A stretch of DNA of 60,940 nucleotides, counting the filler, from Sphacelaria rigidula (lineage: Eukaryota), in the NCBI GenBank assembly GCA_964200075.2. It is 10 parts of 10 records of this genome, joined end to end, with 100 filler letters (N's around TTAATTAATTAA, not from the genome) between each part and the next. Parts side by side here need not be neighbours in the genome. Positions count along the whole stretch, not along the records: positions 12,211 to 18,214 come from CAXNAA020022860.1; positions 18,315 to 24,318 come from CAXNAA020022861.1; 8 more parts are not named here. The stretch is one strand, 5' to 3'. Under the pieces are notes generated by a model. The model ran no database searches. It was not told the origin of the DNA and worked only from the letters and a program-made list of their open reading frames with translations. Of this stretch, positions 12,211 through 22,706 are shown piece by piece. The position numbers and the translations under genes were made by a program. Positions within the stretch are counted from its first letter, which is position 1. Every line of letters starts with the position of its first letter.

Positions 12211-12445
12211 CGATGGTTATACTAGGAGACAGATGGTGGCCAGAGACGGCGAAACAGGACGGGGATGAGACATGTAAAGGTTTCTGTGCAATATATGGAA
12301 GAAACATCATGAGCGCCGGAATGTTGAAGGTGTCTCATTAGGAGTAGGAACGGTGCTCCGTCTCGAAAGGGATGCGTGGTCAATGGTCAAACGACTAAGG
12401 CAAGCAACAAATGAGTACGCCCCCTCCTCACCCCCCGCCCCCCTC
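12211..12445 (+). mobile_element. LINE 3' end (family A) with remnant of the ORF C-terminus
   Basis: Encodes ILGDRWWPETAKQDGD...SRNGAPSRKGCVVNGQTTKASNK* with frameshifts; the stop is followed by GTACG and a C-rich tail. Confidence 0.75.
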
Positions 12446-12819
12446 GAAAAAATTGAAACTGCGATTTCGGGTGGAGGACCTGGACCTGCCGGAAAGAAGA
12501 AAGGGGCGCATCAGTAGTCGGGAGGAGGAGGAAGTGGATGCACAACATTGCCCCCGTGGCAAAGCAACAGAGAGTAGAAACCATTTAGTGGCAGACTGTA
12601 TAAGGAGGAACGGGACGTGTCAGAGAGCGAGATGTGCGAAGTAGTGTTGGATATCGAACCATTCATCACTTCGATACGATAACGAATTTTCAGCGAAGCC
12701 GAACCCCGCTCGCTGTGCAAGCCTCAAATCCCCCTCACCGTTCATGCGACTCGCCTAACACACCACGGCGCTTCGCGCTTGGTGATTGAGTGCGAGCCTG
12801 GTTCNNNNNNNNNNCCGCT

Positions 12820-12886
12820 TTGTAGGGATGTGGGGTCAATGGTCTTATGACTATGGCATGCATGATCATGACTACACCCCCCCCCC
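12820..12886 (+). mobile_element. LINE 3' end, variant subfamily B with C tail; second copy on the minus strand at 24250-24318
   Basis: TAGGGATGTGGGGTCAATGGTCTTATGACTATGGCATGCATGATCATGACTACA followed by (C)n; aligns to the reverse complement of 24250-24318 and to family A. Confidence 0.7.
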
Positions 12887-13215
12887 GGCTGTCGAGGGGC
12901 CTACGAGAGACGCCGCCGGGGGCAAGAGAATTGGGCTACTTGACTTCATATCCCATCTGGCAAACTGTAATCAATGCCCCCCAGCGCAATAGAAACAGAT
13001 ATTCGGATTTGACAAGTTCCAGCAATCACTGCAGGGCGTTATTCATTCTGCGCCAGAAATGAAGAGTCAATTTGCACCCCAGGAAAACGAGCAAAATCAC
13101 CAAAAGCAGGTGCGAAAGAAGGAACATTTTCAGCAGATTCGGGAGGTTCTAACACGGGATTTCACAAGTTGCGGATAGATTTGTTTTCGAGATGGAATGA
13201 GCCTTGGGAACCTTC

Positions 13216-13901
13216 TTAAGATGCTCCCCGTATGACCCGTACCAGTATGGCCCGTATGGATTTCCGTACTGGCCCGTATCCGTACTGGCCCGTAATTCCG
13301 CATCTCATACTGGTGGATACTGGTGATATTGCGTATTTTGCAGCCTCATACTGACGGATGCTGGACATACTGGGTAATTTGCCGCCTCATCCTGGCGAAT
13401 ACTGGCCATACTGGGTAATTCGCCGGCTTATACTCGCGGATACTGGACATACTGGGTAATTCACCGCCAGCGATACTGGGTGATTCGCCGCCTTATACTT
13501 GGTCTACTATGTCGTTCTGTTCGACCTTTTTTTTTCTGTTCCTTATTTTGTCCAACGAGTGTTTTAGGTTTGTTTTTCTTGGGTACGTCTATATCATGAG
13601 ACCACAGCTGGACCCCTGGGGGGCCACTTAAAGTGCGACAATCAAATTAAAATCAAATAAATCAAATGTACTGGCGGATACTGGCCATAGTGGGTGAATC
13701 GTCGCCTCATACTGGCGGATAGTGGGTGATTCCTCGCCTCATACTGGACGATACTGGCAAAACTGGGGATACTGGACGATGCTGATGATGCTGGGTATTT
13801 TTAAGGTCTCATACGGGTTAATACTGACCGTGCCCAGTATACGGGTACGGGTGATGCTCTTCTGGATACTGGCGCCGTACGGGATACGGGGAGCATCTCT
13901 G
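13216..13901. mobile_element. hAT-like MITE with internal CATACTGG subterminal tandem motifs
   Basis: TIR AGATGCTCCCCGTAT / ATACGGGGAGCATCT; 8-bp flanking duplication GAACCTTC / GAACCTCC; many ATACTGG repeats inside. Confidence 0.75.
13500..13668 (+). mobile_element. 3' end of an (AATC)n-tailed retroposon; other copies at 14845-14950 (-), 18525-18632 (+), 20805-20910 (-) and a diverged one at ~19160-19215 (-)
   Basis: Approximate shared core GGGTACGTC..TCATATGGTCACGGCTGGATCCCTGGGGGG..TTAAAGTGCGAC followed by AATC-type repeats in each copy. Confidence 0.75.
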
Positions 13902-14223
13902 GAACCTCCTTGAGAATCGAAAAATGTTATGAAAAAAATGCGAAAGCAGTCTCCGGCTGTGATGTCTGGCCTCGCTCATACTTGAAAATAAACCCATCAG
14001 CAGTTTCGTAAAATCCCGTGCTTACAGGGGACTCTCAAATATGGGAACGACCTCTTTGTACAGGAATGAACGGAGGTCGAAATCGTTCGGGATTGACACG
14101 GGATTTGACGAGTTGCCACTTTTTTTTTTTCGAGGGAGTGAATCCACACATTACGGCCGGAGAATGCATTTGCATTTCCCCTCGGAGGTATTTCGATGCT
14201 CGCTTGTGAACGTTCCCAAGGCT

Positions 14224-14583
14224 GTGTGCGTGTTGTGTGTGTTGTCGTCCCATCTATTCTGGACGCCGGTCTAGACCTTTCGGTATTTGCGGGCGCACCA
14301 GCCGGGGTCACACAGGAGGAAGGCCAACACGGGAGTTATTCTTCTCTGTTCTTTTGTTTCTAGGACTCCACTTTCCTTCTGCGGTGCTTGCCTTTTATTT
14401 TTAATCGCGAGAGGGGCGCAGCGATCCCTTTCCCTTGCCGACCGTGAAGTCGAATTTTGTGCACCCACGACATAATCGCTCTCCACTGTTGGGCATGAGA
14501 AAAAACCCAGATCGCTCCGAGATTCGAACCCCACGACCCAACCGTCACAAGGGTTCGAGGTTACCAACTGAGCCACCCGGGCG
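14224..14583 (-). mobile_element. Full-length tRNA-derived SINE
   Basis: Minus-strand head CGCCCGGGTGGCTCAGTTGGTAACC...GGGTTCGAATCTC carries Pol III A and B boxes; CA-rich tail; imperfect TSD CAAGGCT / CAAGACT. Partial copies at 42574-42630 (head) and 54745-54837 (tail). Confidence 0.85.
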
Positions 14584-15565
14584 CAAGACTCATCCTAGAT
14601 ATTTCCACCGCTTCCAGATCATGTGTCCCGCCCACGCGTGCGTGATTGTGAACGGGGAACGTTCCGAAGGCTCGTCCCGGAAATAATTTCATCCGCAGTT
14701 CGTCAAATCCCGTATCATAATGACGGGAATCAACGAGCACATATACTACCACACGCATTTCTATTTCGAGCGGAAGGTTCACACAAGAGGTGAACAGGAG
14801 GCATGAAGGCACCCGAGGCACTTCCGTGTGGAATTAGACGTGCGATTATTGATTGATTATAGTTTTTGACTGTCGCACTTTGGCTGACCCCCCAGGTAGT
14901 CATGATCCAGCCGTGACCATATGATGGACGTACCCGAGACAAAATACAACTGAAACACTCGCTGATGGAAAAAGAAGATTATTGTCTGTGCCGATTATCT
15001 CAGCTTTGAACCTGAAATAGACTGCTGTTTAAGCATACACTACGCAAACCCGGAGATTTCAGGGAAAAAATCGAGCGCGAACAAAGAGGACACACATGAA
15101 AACGAGAAGTCGAAGGGGAAAAGAAAAGAGGCACTAGAGTTTCGGAAAACGCTCTTTGTTATTTCAGAGTGCAAAGTATCTCGGGATCAGGGTGTAACGA
15201 AAAATTATATCCCCCTCCGTCGAATGTAGTGCTCCCCAATTTTTTTTCGATGACGTGTTTTTTTTTTATCGTTCTCTTTGGTCGTGAGATATTTGCCCTC
15301 TGAAATGACAGAAACGCGTTTTCCGAAACTCTCTAATATTGGCAAACGTTGGCGAGCAGAGAGACGTTATAATGTTTACCTTGAAGTAGTATGGCTCACG
15401 ACCAGAAAAACCTCCTTGAAGCGTATGCTTGACCGTAGTTCGGAACAGAAAACGTCGAAATGAGGAGCGGAGTGGGTAAGAGCCCAACGATCATACCTCA
15501 GCAGCTAGCTGTATGTTGAATAATTACTCATTAGTCAGATGAAAAGACAGCATTTATTGTTTCGA

Positions 15566-15665
15566 ATCGTATCGCATCGTATCGTATCGTATCGCATCGC
15601 ATCGTATCGTACCGTATCGTATCGTATCGTATCGCATCGCATCGCATCGCATCGTATCGTATCGA
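15566..15665. repeat. (ATCGT/ATCGC)n pentanucleotide tandem repeat
   Basis: About 20 units visible directly. Confidence 0.95.
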
Positions 15666-15769
15666 CCTCACCTTTATTGTTTCATCGAACTGTTTTTGAT
15701 GCGTTAACGATAACGATATCTCGATATACGATATATTGACACTTTCGAACACGATATCCAACGCTTGTG

Positions 15770-16060
15770 AGTAGGAAACGAAAGTGGCATGAAATCGCTT
15801 GGTACATCAGGCAGTAGCGACATAACGAACGCTACACTAGGAGATAGACAGTGGCCGCAGACGGCGAAACAGGATGCAGAAAGGTTTCGTGTAGTGTACG
15901 GAAGAAACGTCATGAGCTCCCAAATGTTGGGAGGTGTCTCTACTAGGAGTAGGAATGGTGCACGGTATCGAGAGGGATGCGTGGTCACTGGTGAAACAAC
16001 TAGGGCAAGCAGCAAATGAGTACCCCCCCCCCCTGCCCTTCTCCCCTTCTCCCCTCCCCC
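15770..16060 (+). mobile_element. Diverged LINE 3' end (family A)
   Basis: LGDRQWPQTAKQD...SRNGARYREGCVVTGETTRASSK* followed by GTA and (C)n. Confidence 0.75.
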
Positions 16061-16414
16061 TCACTTATCTTCTTTGTGCATGATTTTTTTTCGAACCAGG
16101 CTGCTACGCTGGTGAATACCATGCCATCGGCGGACAGACGTCGGTTCGCCAGCCTGATCATGGGACTCGCGCTGTCAATCCTAATTTTTGTCTCTCTGGT
16201 GAAGGCGGAGGCAGACGCCGAGACCGATTCCGAAAAGGCAGCAGTTGACCCGCATTCGAGGAAGACTCCGGGGGACGACATTGACATGGAGAACGCTATG
16301 TACTTTTATATTAAGAAGCACACCCGCAGAGATAGGGTGAGCGGTGTGATGACTTGGAATCGAGCGTCCGGTTATTAAACGCTTTGGAAATGTATTGCAA
16401 ATAGAAATATTTTC

Positions 16415-16463
16415 ATTGTATTATTATTATTATTATTGTTATTATTATTATTATTATTATTAC

Positions 16464-16523
<60 letters not shown>

Positions 16524-16531
16524 CATTATCA
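16415..16531. repeat. (ATT)n microsatellite
   Basis: Over 35 near-perfect units. Confidence 0.98.
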
Positions 16532-17383
16532 TTTTGAAAACTTTTTTGCTCCATGATGTTCAAATTAATTAAGTACTATCTGCAGGTTGAACTAACCGGT
16601 GGATTACGTTTTCAGTCGTTAGTCGTTTAAAGTAGGGGTTAGCAACTTGGTTTGGTGACTTTTTTTTTCGCTTTTCATCTCATGTTTTTGCTATTTTCTC
16701 TTGAGCCGGAGAAAACTCACGAAAGGAAAGCTTGGGAAAATATTATCAGACTCTTTATGTATGGTACATATACATATCTATATACATATGAAGCTAGGTA
16801 CAAGAAAAAATAACCGTGGTGAGGGGATGGGTAGTTGGTGTTGTGTCATATTATATGGTGGCTTTGTTTCGTGTCATGATTCACAATGCTCTATCCTCAT
16901 ATGTTGAGAAAATATCGCGGCCAGAAGTTTTCAGGTTTTGTGTGTGCACAATAATTTGCTCCTCTTGAGTTCGATGCACCCTGAGAAAGCCGCGTAATAG
17001 TGCTTGCTCAATAGGTAGTACTGGAGTATGACATGGTTTGAGGCTTAGACCTCAAAGGTGTTCGGCATTTCTTCAAACTACTGAAGATTTTTTGAACTTA
17101 CAATCAAGTCTACTTTATTTATTTTTTTCAAGATTCGGAAAAGGTAATGAATACGATTGAAGGAAAACGGAACGAATTCTCGCTGAAAAGTGACCAACTC
17201 GTAAACGAAAGGCTCGAGGGTTGTTGTCATGATGCTTTGTTGTGATCATTTTCCATTGTTTTTTTTCATGCGAAGAACATAACATGTCGATATTTTGCAG
17301 GAAGTTGTGTTCTGTAGAGTATACGCTGAAGTCAGGAATTTTCCATAGCTTTTCACATAACACACGCGACGTATTTGAAAAAC

Positions 17384-17834
17384 CAGGGATATATACGTTA
17401 CACACGTCACACATTTGAAAAAGAAACGGGGAAAACGTAACTTTGGGCCATTTAACGCTACGTAAGGTCTGATTTTTTGGAGGGGACAATTATAACGTAA
17501 CGTGATGTCACGTGTAGGTGATGTCACGTGTAGACCTTGAAGCAGTGTCTCTTGGGATTTTCCAGATGTAAAACAAGGTTGTTTTTGTGAATTTTTAATG
17601 TGACACGTGACACGTGACACGTTACAACCTCACGAAAACAAGCAGAGTTTTCGTCACATTTAGAAAGTAAAATGCTATGTTAGGGTTCATTCGAAGGGTC
17701 ACACGTTACATCGCGTTACGTTACATTTGTCCCATACTATGAAACAAACCTTACGTAGCGTTAAATGACCTGAAGTTACGTTTTTTCGAATGTGTTGTCA
17801 CGTTAACACGTCTCGTGTAACGTGTATACCCCTG
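17384..17834. mobile_element. hAT-like fold-back MITE inserted into an older copy of its own family (~17355-18130)
   Basis: TIR CAGGGATATATACGTTACAC / GTGTAACGTGTATACCCCTG; flanks GAAAAAC / GAAGAAAC; inner inverted arms AACGTAACTTTGGGCCATTTAACGCTACGTAAGGT. Sequence at 17835-18130 repeats the internal part. Confidence 0.8.
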
Positions 17835-18314
17835 GAAGAAACGTGACTTCGGGTCATTTAACGCTGCCTAAGGTTGGACATTTTGGACGGGACAAATGTA
17901 ACGTAACGTGATGTAACGTGAGGTCCTTGCAGCAGTGTCTCTTGAAATTTTCCAGATGTGAAGAAAAAAAGCTGTTTCTGTCACATCTGACAAGTAAAAT
18001 GCTACCTTGGGGTTTCATTCGAAGGGCCACACGTTACGCGGTTACCTCACGTTACGTTACATTCGTCCCGTCCAAAAAATCAAGCCTTTCGTAGCGTTAG
18101 CTTTGAATAATCCGCAGTCACGTTTTTTTCATGGTATACATGTTTCTTGTCCTTTATTATCTTCTCTCTTCCTTTCTTTCGGTGTACACTTCTGACAGAT
18201 CTGGCGTTTGTTGTNNNNNNNNNNNNNNNNNNNNNNNNNNNNNNNNNNNNNNNNNNNNTTAATTAATTAANNNNNNNNNNNNNNNNNNNNNNNNNNNNNN
18301 NNNNNNNNNNNNNN

Positions 18315-18378
18315 ACTGATTGACCGCTTTCCACTCTCAATCGTATAATCTACTCTCAATCTCACGAAAACACTGTTA
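18315..18378 (+). repeat. Dispersed repeat shared with 41490-41553
   Basis: ACTGATTGACCGCTTTCCACTCTCAATCGTA...AATCTCACGAAAACACTGTT, with a few substitutions in the other scaffold. Confidence 0.8.
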
Positions 18379-19472
18379 TGTGTGAGTAATCCACACGGTT
18401 TTACGAACGCGACGCGATCGCTTTATAACCAGCCTTAGCATGCGTCTCTCATTGTCGGGGTCTTCACTACATATATAACAGGAGCGATCAACAGATAACT
18501 TCTATAACCGACGTAATTTCAATTTTGCTTTCCGTGGGTTCGTCTATCATGTGGCCACGGCTGAATCCCTGGGGGGTCCGTTAAAGGGCGACAATCAATC
18601 AAAATCAATCAATCAAAAGCAATCAAATCAACCTAAAATCTTGGCACAAAGTCACGTCATTCAGCCCAACGCGGAGTTGTTCTCGGAGTGATGACAGACA
18701 TTTTTGCTACTGTACAGTACAGCTGCCCGGTCGCAGATCTGACTGTGTGTCCCCGTGCTCTATCCACGTAACTAACACTGCCTATACTTCATCCATGTTG
18801 TCATTTGGCAGGAAAAAAAACCAAGCTGCTTGTGTTGAGGTCACGCTGAACCCAAGTAAATCACTTCTCAGTAATTTGAAGTCAAGCTGATCTGTGTGCC
18901 GCCATTACTATTCAAATATTTTCCCGTAAGAAACAATAGCGCAGCATGAGCGATACGTTTCCGAAACCTGATATTTTTTTGCCCCATACTTACTACTGTT
19001 CTCAGTGTATGTTTATCTAGCAAGAGGGTGTTGGAAGTCCATATCCCTTTTCGCGGCGTTATACCTTTGCCAGGAGGTGACGTGCATAGACAACACGCGT
19101 GCAGCAAGTCACGGCCATGGGAAAATGAAAGCGCTTTCGGAACTGTCAAATAGTATCATAGATGGTTGATTGATTGATTGAGTATCGAACTTTAACCAAT
19201 CCCCGAGGAAGCGAGCGGGGTCCGATAGTTACGGGAAGCTAGCTTACCCATGGCTGCATACGGGATTTATGAAACTGACGAGTGCGTTCTCTCGTGTGCG
19301 TTTGTGCACCCTGCTGATATTAATAACGGTAACGATGCGTCCGAGACACAAGGTTATTTTAGTATATGCATTGAACATACGTACTGAAAGGTACCGAACA
19401 TGGGCAGCCACGCTGCAGACCCAAATCTTCCTCATGACATAGCGTTGTACGCCGCGTGCATGCTTCGTGTAC

Positions 19473-19598
19473 CTGAAACCCGTAGGGCTTGAGATCTCGT
19501 ATCCCAACCGTAATGACTTCCAGGTAGGCCGTACGAAACGTTGGCTCTATGCTCGGCGGCTTTGGAAGCTTGTCATGGGCTGTGCGCTTGGGGATCAA
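19473..19598 (-). CDS. Ferlin-like protein, internal exon (linker and start of the next C2 domain)
   Basis: acgcag|LIPKRTAHDKLPKPPSIEPTFRTAYLEVITVGIRDLKPYGFQ|gtacac; 126 bp. Resembles the ferlin segment recalled as 'IRP...IEILAWGLRNMK'. Confidence 0.85.
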
Positions 19599-21101
19599 CT
19601 GCGTAGGCAGACAGACATACATACAGACACATAGATGGATGACGATCGTACACAAAAAAAAGGGTGGGCGTAAGAAAGGGAGAGAGTCAGAGAGGAGACG
19701 GCGCAGTCGCAGTACGCAGAGAGAGGGGGGGGGGGGAGTGGTTAGTTGGAGTGAGCGATGATACATACATACATACTATTTTGGCGTATCGGATATGCAC
19801 GATCCCTGCAGGTGAAAAGTGGCAATCCCGAATAATGCCGGCATGTTCCGGATATCTTGTTTGTTAGTTCGTACGCGCAATTCGCCACGACGAGAAGGGA
19901 TAAAGGTGGAAGAAAGTACACACAGATGTACTGCCCGTTATCTCCAACGATTGATATCTATATCCCATGATAGATGAGGCTTTGACCGCAACTATATTTC
20001 TCTTGGCGCTCACTGCCTTCAACGCAACCACGTGCAACAGGGTGTTCTGCAAGCTGCTGCTGCATTTTGACCATGGCGGCAGGGAGGTGATCGCACTTCC
20101 TTCTCGAAGGGCGAGCTGTTTTGTGATCGCCTAATGTTCTTGTGGAGAGAGTGTTCGTCCACCCCTGAAATATCGCGTGGAGGATGACACGCGCATGATG
20201 TACGTGCAGGTCGCTATACTGTATATCAAAACGCGGTGCGCTCTCTGACGTCGTCGTATCGTTGCTCAACTTTACGTTTCCTGAGACGAGCATGCCGGCA
20301 ACGAACGAACAACGTACCCAAGACATTGTTAACTTATCAATGCATGAATTCATTGGTTATATAAAATACGCATTCGACTAGACCATATCTTGCCACGAGG
20401 TGCAAGCTACCATCTCGTGCGGGGAAGCAATTTGATGAAGCTGCTGTTCGTGATGAGGTCCACGACTTTGGAGGCACCATTGACGCTCATTAGCGTCTTA
20501 CACTTGTCATCTATGAGGAACATTCTAGTACGCATACCGTAAGAGCAAGAGAACCCGAGTTTATAGCGATATGGCAATAGCGCAGTACATAATCCAATCC
20601 CTTTGTGCCAATACCGCTCGCCACCCTTGTCTACACACAGGGTCATCTTGATACGACATTTTTTGTCCCCGTGAAGCGCATTGTAATTTTGTCTTCAATA
20701 TTGACTTATGATATATATATATACATATATGTTGTCAGTTTCAACGTTGATCATGCTGTGTACAGTACTTAGACTATGTGGATAATGACGTAACTTACGC
20801 GTCACTGATTTGATTGGTTGATTGATTCACTGATTGTCGCACTGCAACTGACCCCCCCCAGGGATCCAGCCGTGACCATCTGATACACGTACCCGAGACA
20901 AGATAAAACTACTGGTCACGATTTTCGTAATATCATTGTTTGCAATCGCGCACCTTCATGTCTTTTGTCGTGCGACATATAAATACATCATTTTGCAATT
21001 TTGCTGCTCATTTGGACCATAATGTGTTTGCTACTATTCAACTTGGTCGCCTCCACGCTCACAGGAGTGCACCTAGTTGTACATACACGAAGCTTGTTTA
21101 C

Positions 21102-21155
21102 CTGCATCGACAGAAGGACCTCGCCTACCCCGGGCTGGCCATTTGTGTCGCGTAG
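21102..21155 (-). CDS. Ferlin-like protein, internal exon
   Basis: ctgcag|LRDTNGQPGVGEVLLSMQ|gtaaac; 54 bp, phase 0, in frame with both neighbours. Confidence 0.8.
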
Positions 21156-21735
21156 CTGCAGGTAGCAGCATTAGTATGGGGAGACGTGAGAGATGAATGA
21201 AAACGGAGATGAAAAGTGAGTCCAGACGGAGTCAAACGGAGCCAGACGGAGCCAGGTACACAGAGAGAAACACAGGCAGACAGCAGATGGACAGGCGGGC
21301 AGGGACAAACAAGAGCTGCGTCTCCCCAATCTTTTACGTCAAGCATTGAATGTATGCACGACAGGATAGGACGAACAAGTAGTACTTCTGCTGAATTATT
21401 TTATTACGTAGATCCGGAAACGTGACTACAGTATTATAACGCAACGTGATGTACTCTAGTACAACGAACGGGTGAATGAGCGACAACATTACAAGTCACG
21501 ACCGCATTGTGACCAATATTCTGAACAAAGGAACTCCTACAACAAATGGATTCATATCAATCCACTTGTCTCAGCAACGGTATCGCCAGCGCTGCCCCAG
21601 AATCGGGTCAGATGTGAACCTTTTTGTGAATGATGTGTCCAATGTTTTGCTCAGACACTTTTGGAATCTCGTTTTTAGGTACCATAATAATATATATTGA
21701 AGAGAGACTCCTCCCACTTTCCGAACGTCGCCTAC

Positions 21736-21992
21736 GAGTGATGCTACAGTAGGCGTGCACAAATATTTTCTGAGGATATCATGGTTAGGCGCCCTTTATC
21801 TCATGCAAAACACTACTTATGGAAATATGTGAGAGTACGCCGGGATCACTACTCCAATGTGCTTGGGATATCCCGAGTGAATTTGCAAACGGGGATGCCC
21901 TGACCCATATTCTTGTGAATGTAGAATCCTGAGGAGCCTCTAAAGTAGACAAGATTTCGCGCAAAAAGTGCACCCCTACCGTAGCATTGCTC
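21736..21992 (+). mobile_element. 257-bp Sola2-like MITE, intronic copy
   Basis: TIRs GAGTGATGCTACAGTAGGCGTGCAC / GTGCACCCCTACCGTAGCATTGCTC; TSD CTAC on both sides. Confidence 0.85.
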
Positions 21993-22519
21993 CTACCATC
22001 AACACGCTTCGTCTTCAGAATCATGCTAGGGTAGTGGTGCACAAAATGTTTCTTGGACGACGAACTGGAGCTGGACACAGACTCTGGCGCTCTCGCACTA
22101 GTGCAGTGAGGACGAACTTCCTCGTGACACTTTCTACGATAGCCCCCCCCCGAAAAAATAACAAAAGTGGCTGGTTTTGGGAGGCAAAATCTTCGCGTAA
22201 ATCGAAATGGAAAAAGCCGAACACAACGAGCATCTAGGAATTCCCACGTCCTGGTTCGTGCTCGCGCCAATGTCGCCTATATGAGGCGCTTCCGGGTTCA
22301 CACACAAAAAAAGCACTCGAGTTTGCGTGTCTTGTCGCTCCGAAAGATTATCATATACTCGTGAATGATGACCAGCGTACGGTAGGACGACAACGACGAC
22401 AAAAGCGACAAAAGCGACGACACCTGTTTTTACACTACTTTTTTTTACAGAAAACAACGCCTCTGCAAAACTCTCCTATTATCGTAATTTTTTCATATAA
22501 CTTGCGGTTTTTTCCGTAC

Positions 22520-22639
22520 CTGATACCACCGGGGCACCGGAACCCTAGCCCCCGACCCCCTGACCTGGGGCACGGCGGTCATTGGGAATCGGCAGCCGGC
22601 GACATGTGTGTTGCTTCCGAGAAGGTCTTTATCCCAAAC
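22520..22639 (-). CDS. Ferlin-like multi-C2-domain protein, internal exon (end of a C2 domain)
   Basis: tttttccgtag|VWDKDLLGSNTHVAGCRFPMTAVPQVRGSGARVPVPRWYQ|gtacgg; 120 bp, phase 0. VWDxD is the C2 Ca2+-binding loop motif. Confidence 0.85.
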
Positions 22640-22673
22640 CTACGGAAAAACCACCATTTTTACACGCGCGCGT

Positions 22674-22674
<1 letters not shown>

Positions 22675-22704
<30 letters not shown>
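22675..22704. repeat. (CA)n microsatellite, intronic
   Basis: Directly visible. Confidence 0.95.

Positions 22705-22706
<2 letters not shown>

Larger units (their letters stand above)
13141..14036. mobile_element. Outer TIR element that hosts the hAT-like MITE; a related TIR pair lies at ~14090-14725
   Basis: CACGGGATTTCACAAGTTGCGGAT (~13153) is an imperfect inverted match to ATCAGCAGTTTCGTAAAATCCCGTG (~13997-14021). The same motif pair occurs at ~14096 and ~14690-14716. Confidence 0.55.

Noticed and set aside
13230..13890. CRISPR-like repeat array (also 30880-31100 and 48870-49232)
   Set aside because: Units are degenerate, there are no unique constant-length spacers or cas genes, and the context is eukaryotic. 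These are TE subterminal or tandem repeats.
14505..14583. tRNA gene (also 42574-42630)
   Set aside because: Has A/B boxes but no convincing acceptor stem, and is fused to a repeated body and tail, so it is a SINE head.
16375..16563. Poly-Asn ORF (and poly-Ile ORF 52202-52813, IRYD-repeat ORFs 15531-15761)
   Set aside because: Translations of microsatellites.
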